Shown here: positions 60,860 through 64,000 of the stretch, piece by piece
Layout of the letters: each line of letters begins with the position of its first letter
How positions within the stretch are numbered: position 1 is the first letter of the stretch
Source: an uncultured delta proteobacterium
Lineage (GTDB): Bacteria > Desulfobacterota > Desulfobacteria > Desulfobacterales > Desulfosalsimonadaceae
DNA length: 64,000 bases
Direction of reading: 5' to 3'
Assembly (NCBI GenBank): GCA_963826785.1
Contig: CAWGYD010000006.1
Span: 448,001-512,000, forward strand
Notes under the pieces: generated by a model
Databases searched by the model: none
Told to the model about the DNA's origin: nothing
Seen by the model: only the letters and a program-made list of their open reading frames with translations
Position numbers and translations under genes: made by a program

Positions 60860-61348
60860 ATGGATATCATGCTCATATTGTGGATCATCCTGTCGATTAT
60901 TCTGGTCCTGTCCGGCCTGGCCGGGCTGATTCTGCCGGCCCTTCCCGGCCCTTTGCTGATTTTTGCCGGGTTGCTCATGGCCGCCTGGGCCGAAGGGTTC
61001 AAGTATGTCGGCGGCATCACCATTTCGATCCTGGCCTTTCTGGCCGTGCTGGCCTATGTCGCCGATTTTGTGGCCGGAGCGTTTGGAGCCAAGCGGTACG
61101 GGGCTTCCCGGCGGGCGGCGGTGGGGGCGGCCATCGGCGCCATTGCCGGGCTGTTTTTCGGGTTCGCGGGGGTGATCCTGGGGCCATTTGCAGGCGCGGT
61201 CATCGGGGAGATCACGGCCGGCCGGGACCTGAGAGCGGCCGGCGTCGCCGGGTTCGGGGCCTGGGTGGGGATGATCCTGGGGATTGCCGCCAAAATGGCC
61301 CTGGGCTTTGCCATGGTGGGGTGGTTTGTCATTGCAAGGATCTTCTAA
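60860..61348 (+). CDS. DUF456 family membrane protein
   Basis: LPALPG, GAKRYGAS, LGPFAGAVIGE. Confidence 0.88.
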   Translation: MDIMLILWIILSIILVLSGLAGLILPALPGPLLIFAGLLMAAWAEGFKYVGGITISILAFLAVLAYVADFVAGAFGAKRYGASRRAAVGAAIGAIAGLFFGFAGVILGPFAGAVIGEITAGRDLRAAGVAGFGAWVGMILGIAAKMALGFAMVGWFVIARIF

Positions 61349-61370
61349 TCTTCGCAGCCGGATTGGACAG

Positions 61371-62027
61371 TTACTCGTTTAATGCCGATTTAAACGCCTC
61401 GATTCCCACGCGGTCGATAAACCGCGCCATCCGCTCTTTCTTTCTGCCTTCGGCCTGGTAGAATTTCAGGCCCGCATCCATAAGGGATAGAACCGCTTCC
61501 CTGGAGATATCTTCGGCTACCACATCCCCGATGCGGGGCCGGCCTCCGGAGTTTCCGCCCGCAATCAGGGTGTAGCCGTTTTTTTTGCCCATCACCCCGA
61601 TATCCCGGACATAGCTTTCACCGCAGCAGAAGGGGCATCCGGAAATCCCGACCTTGAGCTTGGCGGGAAGGGGGCGGGCATAAAGGAATTGATCAATCTC
61701 GCTTGCCAGACCGATGGAATCCTGGACGCCGAACCGGCAGACCGCGGTTCCGGGACAGGCCTGCACGTAATGGTAGCACAGCTCGGTGGCGTGCCCGATT
61801 TCCATTTCCAGGTCCTGCCATACGCCGTCGATGTCCTCCTGTTTGATCCCCACCAGGGCCATGCGCTGCCCCGAGGTGATTTTTACAATCGGAATGCCAT
61901 ATTTTCGAACCACCCGGCTCAGCGCTTCGATGTTGTCGACGCTCAGCATGCCCGCCGGCATTCTCGGCACGATGGCATAGGTTTCCCTGTCCCGCTGCAA
62001 AATAGCACCCTTCAGATCTTCCGGCAT
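61371..62027 (-). CDS. Low-molecular-weight nitrite/sulfite reductase domain protein (assimilatory-type sulfite reductase-like)
   Basis: GAILQRD, KITSGQR, ACPGTAVC, KVGISGCPFCC (siroheme/4Fe-4S Cys set), ERMARFIDR. Confidence 0.85.
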   Translation of the reverse strand: MPEDLKGAILQRDRETYAIVPRMPAGMLSVDNIEALSRVVRKYGIPIVKITSGQRMALVGIKQEDIDGVWQDLEMEIGHATELCYHYVQACPGTAVCRFGVQDSIGLASEIDQFLYARPLPAKLKVGISGCPFCCGESYVRDIGVMGKKNGYTLIAGGNSGGRPRIGDVVAEDISREAVLSLMDAGLKFYQAEGRKKERMARFIDRVGIEAFKSALNE

Positions 62028-62158
62028 GTTTTGTCTCCTTTTTAACAATTAAAGCATCAAAATAATGAACAGTGAGCGGGAGAAACCCGCTGCCAATGTC
62101 GCCTCAGTCTTCGATAATTCCTTATAGTGGGTCCAAGCGCCTTTCTTTGGCGACGCCA

Positions 62159-63541
62159 TCAAAACTCGATATTTCCCGGGGTCCGGGGGAACGGGATCAC
62201 ATCCCGGATGTTGGTGATTCCGGTGATCAGCATCAAAAACCGCTCAAACCCCATGCCGTAGCCGCTGTGGGGGGCGCTGCCGTAGCGGCGGGAATCGAGA
62301 TACCACCAGTAGTCGTCCGGATTGATCCGGGATTTGCGCATCCGCTCTTTGAGAATCTCCATGCGGTCTTCGCGCTGGCTGCCCCCGATGATCTCGCCGA
62401 TCCGGGGTACGATCACGTCCATTGCGGCCACTGTTTTCCCGTCATCATTGACCCGCATGTAAAAGGGTTTCAAGGACCCGGGGTAATCGTGGATGATCAA
62501 CGGCTGTTTGAAATGCTGCTCCGCCAGAAAACGCTCATGCTCGCTCTGAAGGTCCATGCCGTAGCGGACGGGAAATTCGAATCTGGCCCCACAAGAGGAT
62601 AAAATATCAATGGCCTCGCTGTAGGGAAGCCGGACAAAGGCGGATGCGATGATGTTTTCCAGAACCGACAGCAGTGATTTATCCACGAACCGGGCAAACA
62701 GGTCCAGATCGGACCGGCAGTGATCCAGCGCATAATTGACCAGAAACTTGATGAATGACTCGGCATGTGCCATATCGCCGGCCAGATCGCAGAAGGCCAT
62801 TTCCGGCTCCACCATCCAGAATTCGGCCATGTGCCGGCTGGTGTTTGAATTTTCCGCCCGAAAAGTGGGGCCGAAGGTATACACGTCCCCCAGGGCCATG
62901 GCCAGCAGTTCCGCCTCCAACTGGCCCGAAACCGTCAGGTTCGCCGGTTTTCCGAAAAAGTCCCTTGAAAAATCGGTTTTGCCGCCTATTTTTGATGGGT
63001 TGCCCAGATCCAGGGTGGTGACCTGAAACAGTTCTCCCGCGCCCTCGCAGTCGGAACCGGTGAGGATGGGGGTGTGAATGCAGGTAAATCCCTGATCGTG
63101 AAAAAAGGAATGGATGGCGAAGCTGATCTCCGATCGGATGCGAAAGGCCGCCCCGTATTTGTTGGTCCGGGGGCGCAGATGCCCGATGGTGCGCAGAAAT
63201 TCGTCCGTGTGCCGCTTTTTCTGCAGCGGGTAGCTGTCCGGGGCCAGGCTGTGAATGTGAACGGATTTAGCGGCAATCTCCCATTTCTGGCCGGCCCCCG
63301 GGGATTCGCGCACAACGCCTTCAACATCTACGGCAGACCCCGTGGAGAGCTTCTTGATGTCATCGTAATTGGATATCCCCTCGTCGGCGATCACCTGGAT
63401 ATTGGCCAGGCATGATCCGTCATTGATTTCAATGAAGGAAAAGGTCTTGGAATCCCGACGGGTTCTCACCCAGCCCCGGATGAACACCCGCTCCGGCGGA
63501 TTTTTTGCCTCGATGAGATGGACAATTCTGGTGCGGTCCAT
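62159..63541 (-). CDS. asnS: Asparagine--tRNA ligase
   Basis: GWVRTRR, INDGS, TVSGQL, FGPTFRAENSNTSRH, GEIIGGSQRE, PHSGYGMGFER. Confidence 0.97.
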   Translation of the reverse strand: MDRTRIVHLIEAKNPPERVFIRGWVRTRRDSKTFSFIEINDGSCLANIQVIADEGISNYDDIKKLSTGSAVDVEGVVRESPGAGQKWEIAAKSVHIHSLAPDSYPLQKKRHTDEFLRTIGHLRPRTNKYGAAFRIRSEISFAIHSFFHDQGFTCIHTPILTGSDCEGAGELFQVTTLDLGNPSKIGGKTDFSRDFFGKPANLTVSGQLEAELLAMALGDVYTFGPTFRAENSNTSRHMAEFWMVEPEMAFCDLAGDMAHAESFIKFLVNYALDHCRSDLDLFARFVDKSLLSVLENIIASAFVRLPYSEAIDILSSCGARFEFPVRYGMDLQSEHERFLAEQHFKQPLIIHDYPGSLKPFYMRVNDDGKTVAAMDVIVPRIGEIIGGSQREDRMEILKERMRKSRINPDDYWWYLDSRRYGSAPHSGYGMGFERFLMLITGITNIRDVIPFPRTPGNIEF

Positions 63542-63645
63542 ATGTGCGCATATCCTTTCTGTTTAGCCGGCATTTACCCCAAATATAAGCGCGGGCGGCC
63601 GATCCGGCAAACGATGAAACCGGTTGTGAAATCATACGAATAAGC

Positions 63646-63674
63646 TTGACAACATTATTTATTTTGCATATAAA
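63646..63674 (+). promoter_or_regulatory. Sigma-70 promoter
   Basis: TTGACA-17 bp-TATAAA upstream of the final ORF. Confidence 0.75.
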
Positions 63675-63756
63675 CTCACTCTTTTAATGGGTGTAAAACT
63701 TCTTTACAAGGTCTTGCCCGGCAGCGTCCAAATCGCCGGGTATGAATCAATTTATA

Positions 63757-64000
63757 ATGAATTTAAAAACCTATCTACAGGAACAACAGCCCGAGCTGGT
63801 AAAGCGCTGGGTTGATGCGGTTTTTTCCGCCTATGCAGGAGAATCGGCCCGGTTTTTCAAAGATACGAAAGACCCGTTCGCCAATCCGGTTGGAAATACA
63901 ATAAAACGGAATTTAAATCAACTCTTCGGTGAACTGATCCAGCCCGAAATGGACCGGGAGGCTGCCCAGTCCGCTCTGGAAGCCATTGTCCGTATCCGGG
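63757..64000 (+). CDS. RsbRD N-terminal domain protein (3' truncated by window)
   Basis: MNLKTYLQEQQPELVKRW...FFKDTKDPFANPVG...IVRIR; not in the ORF track because it runs off the window end. Confidence 0.8.
   Translation, partial: MNLKTYLQEQQPELVKRWVDAVFSAYAGESARFFKDTKDPFANPVGNTIKRNLNQLFGELIQPEMDREAAQSALEAIVRIR

Overview
GC-rich chromosomal window. Gene content points to an anaerobic sulfate-reducing Desulfobacterota (Desulfobacterales-like) genome: beta-oxidation genes, aldehyde:ferredoxin oxidoreductase, a low-MW sulfite reductase, and an RsbRD-N protein of the kind that usually precedes dsrMKJOP. It holds about 55 CDS and tRNA-Leu(CAA). A small, decayed AT-rich islet lies at the tRNA 3' end (ankyrin protein, collapsed phosphatase, IstB remnant). 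There is a TetR-MacA-MacB-TolC efflux operon, a MoxR/DUF58/Bat operon, and several REP- and MITE-like palindromic elements. No CRISPR array, rRNA, intact integrase or intact transposase was seen. The best candidates for undescribed biology are: (1) an orphan PrdB/GrdB-family selenoprotein hidden by an in-frame UGA with a SECIS-like hairpin; (2) a Tpx lacking its resolving Cys but carrying a two-Cys C-terminal tail; (3) two paralogous orphan cytoplasmic HisKA_3 kinases sharing an unfamiliar N-terminal sensor; (4) a multi-stem RNA-like leader before a VOC gene; (5) a DksA-BON / HPF-CSD / His-rich zinc-finger stress module. Eleven apparent frameshifts are all net +1 and are probably sequencing errors. 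All calls come from manual motif recognition; no searches were run.
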